From positions 414,146 through 478,145 of the forward strand of contig CAXXGM010000007.1 in assembly GCA_963677325.2 (NCBI GenBank): 64,000 nt of DNA. Direction: 5' to 3'. Origin of the DNA: Prolixibacteraceae bacterium (GTDB lineage: Bacteria; Bacteroidota; Bacteroidia; Bacteroidales; Prolixibacteraceae). Shown piece by piece: positions 26,211 through 35,486 of this stretch (the first letter of the stretch is position 1; every line of letters begins with the position of its first letter). Position numbers and translations under genes: made by a program. The notes under the pieces were generated by a model. It worked only from the letters and a program-made list of their open reading frames with translations, made no database searches and had not been told where the DNA came from.

Positions 26211-26855
26211 ATGAAAAATCTTATTTTTCTTTCAGTGTTAGTATCATTCACATTAACAGGATTTCCATAGAAAAAAGAGGTATTGTTTAACGGGAAAGAC
26301 TTTAATGATTATACTGTCTGTTCCAAAGATCCGAACGCTGATGTGGCACTTCTGTTTACTATGAAAAATGGAATTGTGGAAACACCAGGAACACCTCTGG
26401 GATATATACGCACGAACAAACAATTCTCCAATTATAAGCTTCATGTGGAGTGGCGCTGGCCTGAAAAACCGGGGAATAGCGGGGTATTGATTCATGTCAA
26501 TGGTCCAGACCTAATCTGGCCTTCCCATTATCAGGGTCAGCTGAAAGCCGGAGATGCAGGCGATTTTGTTCTTCATGGGGCAGGAGAGACTGTTACGATC
26601 CGGGATACCGTATTTACTTCTTCATCTAAAGTAAAGCCCTTAATAAGAAAAGAAAAGACATCCAGTGAGAAGAAGCCAGGGGAATGGAACAGTATGGACG
26701 TGGTGGCAAAAGGCAATATCCTGACAATAAAAGTGAATGGCGTTCTTCAAAATACAGCTAAAAACTGCTCTCTTACTAAAGGGGCCATTGGTTTACAAGC
26801 TGAAGGAGCCAAAATTCAATTCAGAAATATCTGGGTGAAAGAGTTGAAGAAATAG
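26211..26855 (+). pseudogene. DUF1080 (3-keto-disaccharide hydrolase-like) exported protein interrupted by an in-frame TAG between the signal peptide and the domain
   Basis: ATG 26211 encodes 'MKNLIFLSVLVSFTLTGFP', then TAG at 26268-26270. The same frame continues 'KKEVLFNGKDFNDY...GLQAEGAKIQFRNIWVKEL'. The track's ORF at 26283 starts at a TTG in that same frame. Confidence 0.5.
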
Positions 26856-26900
26856 ATTTCAGCATCTATTTTTATAGTCTGGGGATTTGCCGAATATTTT

Positions 26901-27299
26901 TTACATTTTTATGTTTTCCCGGAAGATCTTTCTTTTTTTTCGATAACTGAGTATAAAGAGTACTCCAACAATTACAAATGGGATATTGATGATGAGGACA
27001 TCCCCTGCTGACATCCATACAGAATGGGTCCGATGTAAGTTTGTAGAAAAAATGAAAGGAATTAATAACAATCCTACCAGAAGGAAAAGAATTCCGCCCA
27101 TTAATTCACGTTTCCAGGAAAGAATCAATAAAATTACAAGAACATACGATGGGATGAGATGCTTTAAAAATTTTGGGATCTGATCTCGTAAATTCCCGTC
27201 GGGTGTGAAAGAATCAAGAGCAAACATGCTGATGAACAGTATACCCATGATGGCAAGAATTCTTGGAATCCAATGAAAATAAGATACGATTTTTTTCAT
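26901..27299 (-). CDS. Hypothetical integral membrane protein (about 4 TM helices)
   Basis: 132 aa, strongly hydrophobic, with no recognisable motif. Confidence 0.55.
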   Translation of the reverse strand: MKKIVSYFHWIPRILAIMGILFISMFALDSFTPDGNLRDQIPKFLKHLIPSYVLVILLILSWKRELMGGILFLLVGLLLIPFIFSTNLHRTHSVWMSAGDVLIINIPFVIVGVLFILSYRKKRKIFRENIKM

Positions 27300-27414
27300 C
27301 TGATTATAATTTGTTTTTTACTGACCAGATAGAACTCTCCCATAATCATGCTTCTTTGTGAGAAAGATTTTCTCATGGTCGTTTCACATCATTACTGCAG
27401 ATTTTAAAAATACC

Positions 27415-27422
27415 TATATTTG
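27415..27422 (+). promoter_or_regulatory. -7 promoter box TATATTTG
   Basis: Matches TAnnTTTG, 49 nt before the ATG at 27471. Confidence 0.4.
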
Positions 27423-27470
27423 AACTTTAAGAATCTAAATAATATAGGAAAGATATAAAAATAAACGGAA

Positions 27471-27941
27471 ATGGCAACTATAGACAACGAAACCCGGTTT
27501 AAGGAACTCAATCTTTTATTACCTCCGGCTCCAATGCCTAAAGGTGTATATACACCAATATTGCAGGCAGAGAATTACATTTATGTTTCCGGTCACCTTC
27601 CTGTTAAACTGGACGGTTCTTTTATGAAAGGGAAAATAGGTCTTGATATTGATATGGAAGAAGGTAAAATGGCCGCACAACAAGCAGGACTTTCCATTTT
27701 ATCTACCCTAATCAACTATCTCGGCAGTTTAAACAGGATTAAGCGGGTGATAAAGGTTTTCGGCATGGCCAATACGACCGTGGATTTTGAAAAGCATCCT
27801 TACGTGATCAACGGATGCAGCGAATTATTTGCCTCAGTTTTCGGCCCCGAAAATGGAGTAGGAGTGAGGAGCGCCGTTGGAATGGGAAGCCTGCCTGAGA
27901 ATGCTGCTGTTGAAATAGAAGCAATTTTTGAACTTGATTGA
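27471..27941 (+). CDS. RidA/YjgF-family reactive-intermediate (enamine/imine) deaminase
   Basis: 156 aa. 'YIYVSGHLP' and the C-terminal 'LPENAAVEIEAIF' are typical of the YjgF/RidA fold. Confidence 0.8.
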   Translation: MATIDNETRFKELNLLLPPAPMPKGVYTPILQAENYIYVSGHLPVKLDGSFMKGKIGLDIDMEEGKMAAQQAGLSILSTLINYLGSLNRIKRVIKVFGMANTTVDFEKHPYVINGCSELFASVFGPENGVGVRSAVGMGSLPENAAVEIEAIFELD

Positions 27942-27958
27942 AGAATTAGAACAAGGAA

Positions 27959-29074
27959 ATGTCAGATGATTTGAATTGGTATGAGATCAGGGAAATTGAT
28001 GAAATTGATTCTCCTTCGCTGGTAGTTTACAAAGACAGGATTTTGAGCAATCTTGGGACGATGACCGGGATGGCCGGAAGTCCCGATAGACTGATGCCTC
28101 ATGTGAAAACACATAAAATGGAGATGATTATCAAATTGCATCTTTCATTGGGGATACGGAATTTTAAATGCGCGACCATTGCAGAAGCCGAAATGACAGG
28201 TGCAGCAGGCGGCGAAAATGTCCTGATTGCACTCCAACCGGTTGGTCCTAAATTCGGGAGATTGGTTAACCTTATCAGAAAATTTCCTTCCGTAAATTAT
28301 TCTGTCATCATTGATAATCCCGGTACTGTTAAACTACTGGATGCTAAAATGTCTGAAGCAGGAGCAAGAATCGGAGTCTATATCGATGTGAACACCGGAA
28401 TGAACCGGACAGGTATCGCTCCGGGGGAAGAAGCCCGCGAACTTGTTCTATTGTGTTCATCTTTAAAACAGGTTGTATTTCTTGGCTTTCATGCCTATGA
28501 CGGACATAATACGCTTACGGATTTAAATGAGAGAAAGGCCCTTTGTACCCGGGATTTTAAAGCTGTGTATGAACTTCTGGCCTGGTCAGAAGAAACACTG
28601 GGGAGAAAGCTCAACCTTGTTTCAGGAGGTACTCCGACCTTTCCCATACATGCGAAGATGAGCGACACAATATGTAGTCCAGGAACTACTGTGTTATGGG
28701 ATGCTGCTTCCAGAGACCGCTTTCCGGATTTGTCCTTTGAATATGCTGCCGTTCTCATCACAAGAGTTGTTTCAGTTGTTGGAAGGAATTTGATTTGCCT
28801 TGACCTTGGACATAAAGCCATTGCTGCTGAGACGCCTCTTCCAAGAGTACGGTTTTTGAATCATCCTGAAGCGATACCTGTCTCTCAAAGTGAAGAGCAT
28901 CTTGTGGTCAGAGTACCGGAAGTAGGAAACTACCAACCCGGAGATGTGTTCTATGGTATTCCATGGCATATCTGTCCTACCTGTGCTTTGTACCCCGAAG
29001 TTATTGTTGCGGAAGATCATCATTGGATTGATAATTGGGCCGTTACAGCACGGAACAGATTTATCAGTGTTTGA
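27959..29074 (+). CDS. D-serine deaminase / D-threonine aldolase-like PLP enzyme (alanine racemase N-terminal fold, DSD1 type)
   Basis: 371 aa with the PLP-lysine context 'PHVKTHKM', plus 'HAYDGH'. It is paired with RidA. Confidence 0.7.
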   Translation: MSDDLNWYEIREIDEIDSPSLVVYKDRILSNLGTMTGMAGSPDRLMPHVKTHKMEMIIKLHLSLGIRNFKCATIAEAEMTGAAGGENVLIALQPVGPKFGRLVNLIRKFPSVNYSVIIDNPGTVKLLDAKMSEAGARIGVYIDVNTGMNRTGIAPGEEARELVLLCSSLKQVVFLGFHAYDGHNTLTDLNERKALCTRDFKAVYELLAWSEETLGRKLNLVSGGTPTFPIHAKMSDTICSPGTTVLWDAASRDRFPDLSFEYAAVLITRVVSVVGRNLICLDLGHKAIAAETPLPRVRFLNHPEAIPVSQSEEHLVVRVPEVGNYQPGDVFYGIPWHICPTCALYPEVIVAEDHHWIDNWAVTARNRFISV

Positions 29075-29095
29075 TTCCTGATTTTAATCTTCCTG

Positions 29096-29338
29096 AATAA
29101 CCTGAGCTCGATCTAAGCAATGGATAAGACAATGCTTGATTGTTTGAGCGTTAATGTTGTCTTCGATAACCTAATCTTTAAAAAAACACCTTAGATGGGA
29201 TTAATTTTACGCTTTCACTAACCTAATTACCTGATTAAATTAGGTTATTAGGTTGGTTTTTCTCCCTCGACCATGACTACTGAGGTGTTTTCGACAGATT
29301 AGGTTATCTATTCCTTAGATCGAACTCACGTTGAATAA
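29096..29338. mobile_element. MITE-like non-coding element (~243 bp) with ~22-bp terminal inverted repeats and nested internal palindromes
   Basis: The left end is 'aataacctgagctcgatctaag' and the right end is 'cttagatcgaactcacgttgaataa'. Inner pairs are 'gataacctaatct'/'agattaggttatc', 'aacacct'/'aggtgtt' and the central 'aacctaat..attaggtt'. Motif copies also occur at 17814-17838 and 50514-50535. Confidence 0.5.
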
Positions 29339-29444
29339 TAAATTTAAAAACTGGCCTCATGATTCAGGTCTGCCGTAAAGATTAGAAAGAGGGTGTTTCC
29401 AAAGAAAAGCTTCAGGAACAAAACAGGTTAAAGGAGCTAACGCA

Positions 29445-32400
29445 TTAGCCGGCGCTTAATGGCAAGGTGATTGTAAATGTGCTTCCGACTCCAAATTCGG
29501 ATTTGACACTTATCGTACCATGAAGTAAGTCCATTAATTTCTTGCTGATTGATAATCCTAATCCGGTCCCCTCATGTTTTCTGGTAAGATCATTTTCAAC
29601 CTGAATAAATGGGTTGAAGAGTTTGCCCAGATTCTCCTCTTTAATACCGATTCCTGTATCGGAAACTTCTATCTTTAATGAATCGTTGTCTTTATAACAT
29701 TTAATATTTACAGACCCCTTGTCGGTGAATTTGACCGCATTATTTAATAAATTCAGGATTACCTGACGAGTCCGTTGTCTGTCATTCACGATTTCACCGA
29801 TCTCCGGAATTATTTCAAAATTGAGGGAAAGTCCTTTATTCGTTGTGGCCAACTTCTCCAGTTTTATGACCTCTTCTATTAATTCTTCGATATTGAAAGA
29901 TTCGTAGATGGGTGTCAATTGTCCAGCTTCAATTTTAGAAAGGTCTAAAATATCATTGATCAAGGTTAGAAGATGCCGGCCACTCAGTTGGACCATTCCA
30001 AGCTGTTTCTTTTGTTCTTCATTTAGTTGCCCGGCTTTTTCCTGTAAAAGAATTCCGCTGAATCCTATGATTGAGTTAAGGGGTGTGCGAAGTTCATGGG
30101 ACATGGTTGCCAGAAAGGCCGATTTGAGCCGGTCCGCCGATTCGGCACGTTCCTTCGCAGATTCCAATTCAGCTGTCCTTCTCTTAACTGTCTCTTCCAG
30201 GTATAGACCATAATTTTTCAGCGCCTCCTCTGCCTGTTTACGTTCGGTGATCAAATCAAAAACCGTGACAAAATATTCCTTTACCGGACTGTAGACAGAA
30301 ATATCAAGCCATATACTCAGAGATTTAAGATAAATCTCAAACCGCTCCGGTTTCCCCGATAAGGCCACCCTGCTGCAGGCTTCAAATAAATCAGGATCAT
30401 CTTCCATAATGTGAGGAATCACCTCAGAAACTTTCCTTCCGGTAACATTTTTTAGTCCCGTCAAAGTTTCAAATGATTGGTTAACGTCCAGGTACATGTA
30501 ATCCGTAGGGCGCCCGTCCTCATACAACATTTTATAGTAGGCAAAACCCTCCACCATATTTTCAAAAAGAGAACGGAACTTCCTTTCACTTTCTTTTAAT
30601 TCTTCTTCAGCCTCTTTGCGTTCGCGTTCGTTTTCAATTGCTTCAATAGCAAATGAAATATTGGACGTGACATCTTTAAACAGTTGAACTTCTTCCGGAT
30701 TAAAATAGTACGTTCGATCAGCATACAATGAAAATGTACCGACAACCTTATTATAAACCTTTATCGGCAGAGTCACAGATGACTTGAGACCATGCTTCTG
30801 CGCCTCTTTCCACCACTTGACCATTCTCGGATCACTGGATATATCATTGCAGATGACCTCCTTCCCGGTAATAATGGCTAATTTAGCAGGCCCCATCTCA
30901 TTAGTATTATCTAAACTCAGAAATGTAATTATTTTTGCAAAGAATTCATCTTCCAAACCATTCCACGCAACAGGTCTCACCATCTTTTCTTTTTCATCAA
31001 TCATGCCAATCCAGGACATCCGGAATTTACCGAACCGAACTGAAATATTGCAAATCTCTTTAAACAGAGCATCCTTTTCATGAATATTGATGATCGCATG
31101 ATTAATATGGCTGAGAACCGCTAAAATTCGACTGGCTTTTATGATTTCATTTTCTGCCTGCCTGTGACTTGTGATATCACGGATTGATTCTATTGCACCA
31201 ATACGGTTACCCTTATCATCAAACAAAGGGGCCCACTTGATCCATATATAGGCGCCTTTGCCTTTGTAAAGGGCAGAAGCAAATATTTCTGCCTCAACTG
31301 TATTTCCTTTCTTTTTTACATTTTCAAATCTGGACAATAATAATTCTTCATTGTTGGTTTCTATAATTTCCATAAGAGTCATCCGATGATCACCATAGAA
31401 GGGTGCAGAATAAATCTGCGCCCCCTGCCCTATCATCTCATCTTTACTAATCCCTGTCATCTCCTCAATGGCTTTGTTCCAGGCGACTACTTTATTCCCA
31501 TTATCGAGTACAAAGGTTGCGTCCGGCAGAAAATCAATGATGCTGCTCAGTTTTTGTCTGGATTCTTTCAATGCCTCTTCAGCTATTTTTTGCTCGGTGA
31601 TATCCATCACAAGAGATGTGACTCCAATTGTATTTCCTGTCTGATCAACAAGAGGGGTATTAAACCACTCACAATAAATTATTCTCCCATCCTTGGTGAG
31701 ATTCTCGTTGGAACTTCGTAGCCCGCCGGTCTGTTTTACAATTGAATCCCAAATATCTTCTATCGGGGGAACAACAGATTTTGGAACAATCAGGCTCCAG
31801 TATTTTCCTATGGCTTCCTCACGCGTATATCCAAACATCTTGATAGCAGCCGGGTTCCATTCCCTGATATAACCGTCCATGTCAAATTCAACGACCGCGA
31901 GTGGTGTTTGCTGAACATGCAGGGCCAACTTCTCCAAGGTAAGTTCCAGTGTTTTTTCTGCCCGTCTTCGTTCGGTGATATCCTGTAGGATACAATGTGT
32001 CTGCTTGAATTCCCCGTTAATATCATGGCCTATCTTGCCATCAAAAGCGATGAATAATGGATTGCCATTTTTATGAATCATCTCAAATTCACTATGAATC
32101 TCGCCTTTAGCTTTGAATAAGGGGAAACGTTCCCGGAAGCTTTCCCGGTAAGACGGAGAAATAAAGTCGCCAAACCACTTTCCGATTACTTCTCCGCGGG
32201 TATAACCCAATGTATCGAGCCATCGCTGGTTTACCTCGATTAAATTGCCGTCATTGTCAAGCGACTGATACCCAAGGGGAGCCTGGTTAAATAGCATATG
32301 GAATCGCTCCTCGCTCTCTTTCAGGGCAATTTCAGCTTTCTTGCGCTCAGTGGTCACTTCCGTGTACATGACAATGCCCCCGATCTCCCCATCAACATGG

Positions 32401-33167
32401 CGCCAGGGGCGACATTCCCAACGGTTATAAGTAATAGAACCATCGGGACGTTCAAAAAAATCATCCTCGCTGCGTTCAATGGCTCCAGCCAGGCAGCGTT
32501 GGTGAACATCTTTCCATCTTTGGGGCAACTCAGGAAATATATCATAGAGGTTTTTTCCTATAACATCCTCTTCCCTGACATTATAATCCTGGAGATAACG
32601 ATTGCTCACTGCAATATACCGGATATCCCTATCGAGGACTGCAATGGCATTAGGATCGTGTTTTACAATATAGTGCATGATCTCCTCGCTGTCATGGAGC
32701 TCTTTTTCCGCTTTTTTCCGCTCAGAAATATCCTCGATTAAAGCAACAAAATAAAGAAATTGACCATTTCCATCATATATGGCGATAAATGTGACAGCTT
32801 CGCAGGAAATGGTCTGATCTTTACGAATAAAACGCTTTTCTGTCTTAAAAACCGGGATTACTCCGGACTTAAGCTTGTTTAATGATTCAATATCCTTTTC
32901 AATATATCGCATATAGGAAATATCCAAGAAGGAAAGGTTCATCAGTTCCTGCTTTGAATAACCCAGGATCCGGCAAAATGCTTCATTCAGTTCCAGAAAA
33001 TGCAAATCAGCTCCGATGATGGCCAATCCTATGCCACTCTCATCAAACATGTTCCATATAGCTGAATTTCTTATGTCTGAAAGATATTCCGAAGTGCTGG
33101 TCTGGATTCTCATGGTGTACAAATAAATGGCATTAAAAATTCGTAAAGTATGAAAAGCACTTGCCAT
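29445..33167 (-). CDS. Cytoplasmic multi-PAS/GAF sensor histidine kinase (HisKA + HATPase_c, no receiver domain)
   Basis: H-box 'MSHELRTPLNSIIGFS', N-box 'ILNLLNNAVKFT' and G-boxes 'DTGIGI' and 'GTGLGLSI'. Upstream there are about seven PAS-like repeats and one GAF-like segment. The start could be 33167 or 33113. Confidence 0.85.
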   Translation of the reverse strand: MASAFHTLRIFNAIYLYTMRIQTSTSEYLSDIRNSAIWNMFDESGIGLAIIGADLHFLELNEAFCRILGYSKQELMNLSFLDISYMRYIEKDIESLNKLKSGVIPVFKTEKRFIRKDQTISCEAVTFIAIYDGNGQFLYFVALIEDISERKKAEKELHDSEEIMHYIVKHDPNAIAVLDRDIRYIAVSNRYLQDYNVREEDVIGKNLYDIFPELPQRWKDVHQRCLAGAIERSEDDFFERPDGSITYNRWECRPWRHVDGEIGGIVMYTEVTTERKKAEIALKESEERFHMLFNQAPLGYQSLDNDGNLIEVNQRWLDTLGYTRGEVIGKWFGDFISPSYRESFRERFPLFKAKGEIHSEFEMIHKNGNPLFIAFDGKIGHDINGEFKQTHCILQDITERRRAEKTLELTLEKLALHVQQTPLAVVEFDMDGYIREWNPAAIKMFGYTREEAIGKYWSLIVPKSVVPPIEDIWDSIVKQTGGLRSSNENLTKDGRIIYCEWFNTPLVDQTGNTIGVTSLVMDITEQKIAEEALKESRQKLSSIIDFLPDATFVLDNGNKVVAWNKAIEEMTGISKDEMIGQGAQIYSAPFYGDHRMTLMEIIETNNEELLLSRFENVKKKGNTVEAEIFASALYKGKGAYIWIKWAPLFDDKGNRIGAIESIRDITSHRQAENEIIKASRILAVLSHINHAIINIHEKDALFKEICNISVRFGKFRMSWIGMIDEKEKMVRPVAWNGLEDEFFAKIITFLSLDNTNEMGPAKLAIITGKEVICNDISSDPRMVKWWKEAQKHGLKSSVTLPIKVYNKVVGTFSLYADRTYYFNPEEVQLFKDVTSNISFAIEAIENERERKEAEEELKESERKFRSLFENMVEGFAYYKMLYEDGRPTDYMYLDVNQSFETLTGLKNVTGRKVSEVIPHIMEDDPDLFEACSRVALSGKPERFEIYLKSLSIWLDISVYSPVKEYFVTVFDLITERKQAEEALKNYGLYLEETVKRRTAELESAKERAESADRLKSAFLATMSHELRTPLNSIIGFSGILLQEKAGQLNEEQKKQLGMVQLSGRHLLTLINDILDLSKIEAGQLTPIYESFNIEELIEEVIKLEKLATTNKGLSLNFEIIPEIGEIVNDRQRTRQVILNLLNNAVKFTDKGSVNIKCYKDNDSLKIEVSDTGIGIKEENLGKLFNPFIQVENDLTRKHEGTGLGLSISKKLMDLLHGTISVKSEFGVGSTFTITLPLSAG

Positions 33168-33201
33168 AGTTATTAAATATATGAAAATATGGCGAATCTT
33201 T

Positions 33202-33209
33202 CAAATATA
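33202..33209 (-). promoter_or_regulatory. -7 promoter box (minus strand TATATTTG) for the histidine kinase
   Basis: The plus strand reads 'caaatata', between the array terminator and the kinase start. Confidence 0.35.
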
Positions 33210-33237
33210 TTAACAGACGATTTTGGATAAAAATGAT

Positions 33238-33266
33238 AAATGCAGGAATTAAAGATTCCTGCATTT
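33238..33266 (-). terminator. Terminator hairpin ending the eight-gene array (perfect 12-bp stem aaatgcaggaat/attcctgcattt, 5-nt loop)
   Basis: Read directly. On the minus strand it is followed by 'atcattttta'. Confidence 0.6.
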
Positions 33267-33468
33267 AGATGTAAACATATAATTTAGAAAAGATTAGAAT
33301 GCGGTTCTCATTTCGTGTGCCGGCAACGGCTTTTTATCGTAGAAAGATTTCTCTGATCTAAGGAAATAACAGCTATCGAAATGTCTTTTTACAAATTCTT
33401 CAACCATGTCAATTTATAATTTTGACATTTTAGTCCTGCATTTGACTTTACATACCGGGTAGAGCTTT

Positions 33469-34305
33469 TTAAAACACAATCGATTTATCAATGTTCACGA
33501 TTCGAATGATGTCGCAGGTTTCCGGATTAAAGATGATGAGTCCGCCACTGAAATATTTAATCATTCCTCCGCCAAAATCTCCGGTGACATACACCAGGCT
33601 GTTGTCCTTGAGAGCATAGATTCCCTCTCTTGTAGCAATGTAAAGGATGCCATTTTTTGAATCAACGGCCATTGATTGGATCTCACTCTCTTTCTGAAAC
33701 CCGGCCACTAAATTCAGCACTTTGCTTTGGGGAGAAAATGAAAACACTCCGCTTCCAATCGCAAGATAAAGCGAATCGCTCATTTCTACCACCGTAGTGA
33801 TAGGTTTGGGGGAAACCAAGAGTTGTTTGTATTTTCCTCCTTTTGCGAAAGCATAGAGTTTGTATTGTTTATCTTCCCTGGATTGATCGAATAAATACAT
33901 CACCTCTTTCCCTGCCGCTATTTTCATGTCTGCCCTGGGTAATTGGACCAGTGTGTCAAGGTTTCCTTCAGCGTTCATATAACCCAGGACATTGTTTCTT
34001 ATCGCCATTAGAAGACCGTCCTTTGTATAAGCATATGAATTTACCGGATTCCCATCCACCTTGTTTCCCAATTGTGATATTCCTCCCCACCCCAATAAAT
34101 AAATCTTGTCGCCGGTGGAGAGAGTGATGTATTTGCCGGGGGACATATCTATGGCGCTGATAAAATGGCTTTTTTTAAGTGTTGAATCCAACATGTTGCT
34201 GCTTAGCATTACTTCATAACGCAGGGAGTCTTTCTGCTGGGCAAAAGCTGATTGGACAAGAAACAGAAACAAAATTACCAGAGAGTAGATTATTGGTTTT
34301 TTCAT
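33469..34305 (-). CDS. Exported hypothetical protein, beta-propeller-like repeat pattern (array gene 8)
   Basis: Signal peptide 'LFLVQSAFAQQ'. About six ~40-aa segments each carry a hydrophobic strand plus Gly (YLLGWGG, LMAIRNNVLGY, LYAFAKGG, LYLAIGSGVFSF, ILYIATREGIYAL, LIIFNPE). Confidence 0.6.
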   Translation of the reverse strand: MKKPIIYSLVILFLFLVQSAFAQQKDSLRYEVMLSSNMLDSTLKKSHFISAIDMSPGKYITLSTGDKIYLLGWGGISQLGNKVDGNPVNSYAYTKDGLLMAIRNNVLGYMNAEGNLDTLVQLPRADMKIAAGKEVMYLFDQSREDKQYKLYAFAKGGKYKQLLVSPKPITTVVEMSDSLYLAIGSGVFSFSPQSKVLNLVAGFQKESEIQSMAVDSKNGILYIATREGIYALKDNSLVYVTGDFGGGMIKYFSGGLIIFNPETCDIIRIVNIDKSIVF

Positions 34306-34323
34306 GGTTTGTGAATTAAAAAC

Positions 34324-35445
34324 TTAATATTTTCTCAGACCTACTTTCCAGTCATCCGAAACATGTGAATAGATATTTTTATTTTTAAGCAGCTCCATCC
34401 CTTTGGATTCCATGAGAGCAAAATTAGCCGCATCTTTAGCATCATCTATTTCGCCGGAAATAAAATCTTTTCCCTGTTCGGCGTATGATTTTGCAGTTTG
34501 AACCCCGGTTTTATAAAGCGCATTTGAGGAGATTTTGGCCCGCAGATCGACATTGCCGACTTCATCCATTCTTGCAATGTTCCCGCTGATAGCTGCATCG
34601 GAAGCATCTTTAAGGTAGGACATTGTTTCCTTTTTGATGTTCAGCATGTACCGGCCGGCCAAAGCTGCCACGCGTCCTCCCTGGAAAGTTTCTATCTTGT
34701 TAATGGCTGCCTCTAAATATTGATCCGGTCCACTCTCTGCAGGAGCATTTGATTCTTCCATCTTATAGCTGTTGGGAGGAACCTGTGCCCATGCGTTATT
34801 ATCCCAGCCAATTTTGAGACCCTGCCTGAGCAGGTTTTGCCGTTCAATATCTTCCCTGGACATTGGAGCAGGTTTCATATCCAAAGGCTTGAACTCAATG
34901 TCACCGGCAATGAGTGTTTTTAACTTAATCATGTTTGTGCTCAACACCTTGTAGGATTCCATCATCTTTTCATATCTCGCCTGCGCTATAGAATCATTGT
35001 AGCGTCTCTCGGCTTCTGCTCTTGCAGCAAGAATGGCAGCCTGCCGACGCTCTGCTTCAATGGCCTGTGGGCTTTTTTGTGTGCTGCCGCTGCTGAAAAT
35101 CATCCCGATAAAAGCGCTTGCAAGACCGCTTGCAATTTGCATCTTCACGGCATTTTGGAAAAGGGCTGCTTGAGAAATAGTATTTGCAACATTTGTTGGT
35201 CTTTGAGCCGGAGTAACAGTATGGTGGTCTGTATTCCCACTCGATACCTTTTGTCCGGCAATGTTTTCCAATTGTTCAAGTGCACTTCCACCTTTAACGC
35301 CTGTATCAAAGCCATTACCACTATTAGCCTTATACGTTTCTATTTTCTCCCCAGTTGTTATACCAATCTGGGAGAGAGCAATATTTGGAAGTAATAAGCT
35401 TAGGAATAATCCCATAAAAATCTGAAGTTTTAAGTGCTTTTTCAT
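34324..35445 (-). CDS. Exported hypothetical protein with an Ala/Arg/Glu-rich coiled-coil centre (array gene 7)
   Basis: Signal peptide 'LLLPNIALSQ', a hydrophobic stretch 'MQIASGLASAFIGMIFSSG', then 'AIEAERRQAAILAARAEAERRYNDSIAQARYEKMM'. I recognise no family. Confidence 0.6.
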   Translation of the reverse strand: MKKHLKLQIFMGLFLSLLLPNIALSQIGITTGEKIETYKANSGNGFDTGVKGGSALEQLENIAGQKVSSGNTDHHTVTPAQRPTNVANTISQAALFQNAVKMQIASGLASAFIGMIFSSGSTQKSPQAIEAERRQAAILAARAEAERRYNDSIAQARYEKMMESYKVLSTNMIKLKTLIAGDIEFKPLDMKPAPMSREDIERQNLLRQGLKIGWDNNAWAQVPPNSYKMEESNAPAESGPDQYLEAAINKIETFQGGRVAALAGRYMLNIKKETMSYLKDASDAAISGNIARMDEVGNVDLRAKISSNALYKTGVQTAKSYAEQGKDFISGEIDDAKDAANFALMESKGMELLKNKNIYSHVSDDWKVGLRKY

Positions 35446-35486
35446 AGCTTTTGTTTTAATTGGTTATATCCTTCACTGTTTGCTGT

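Noticed and set aside
26268-26270. Possible reassignment of TAG as a sense codon.
   Set aside because: TAG ends the HMA gene (7948-7950) and mmdA (21959-21961) at the expected protein lengths, so it is a functional stop in this genome.
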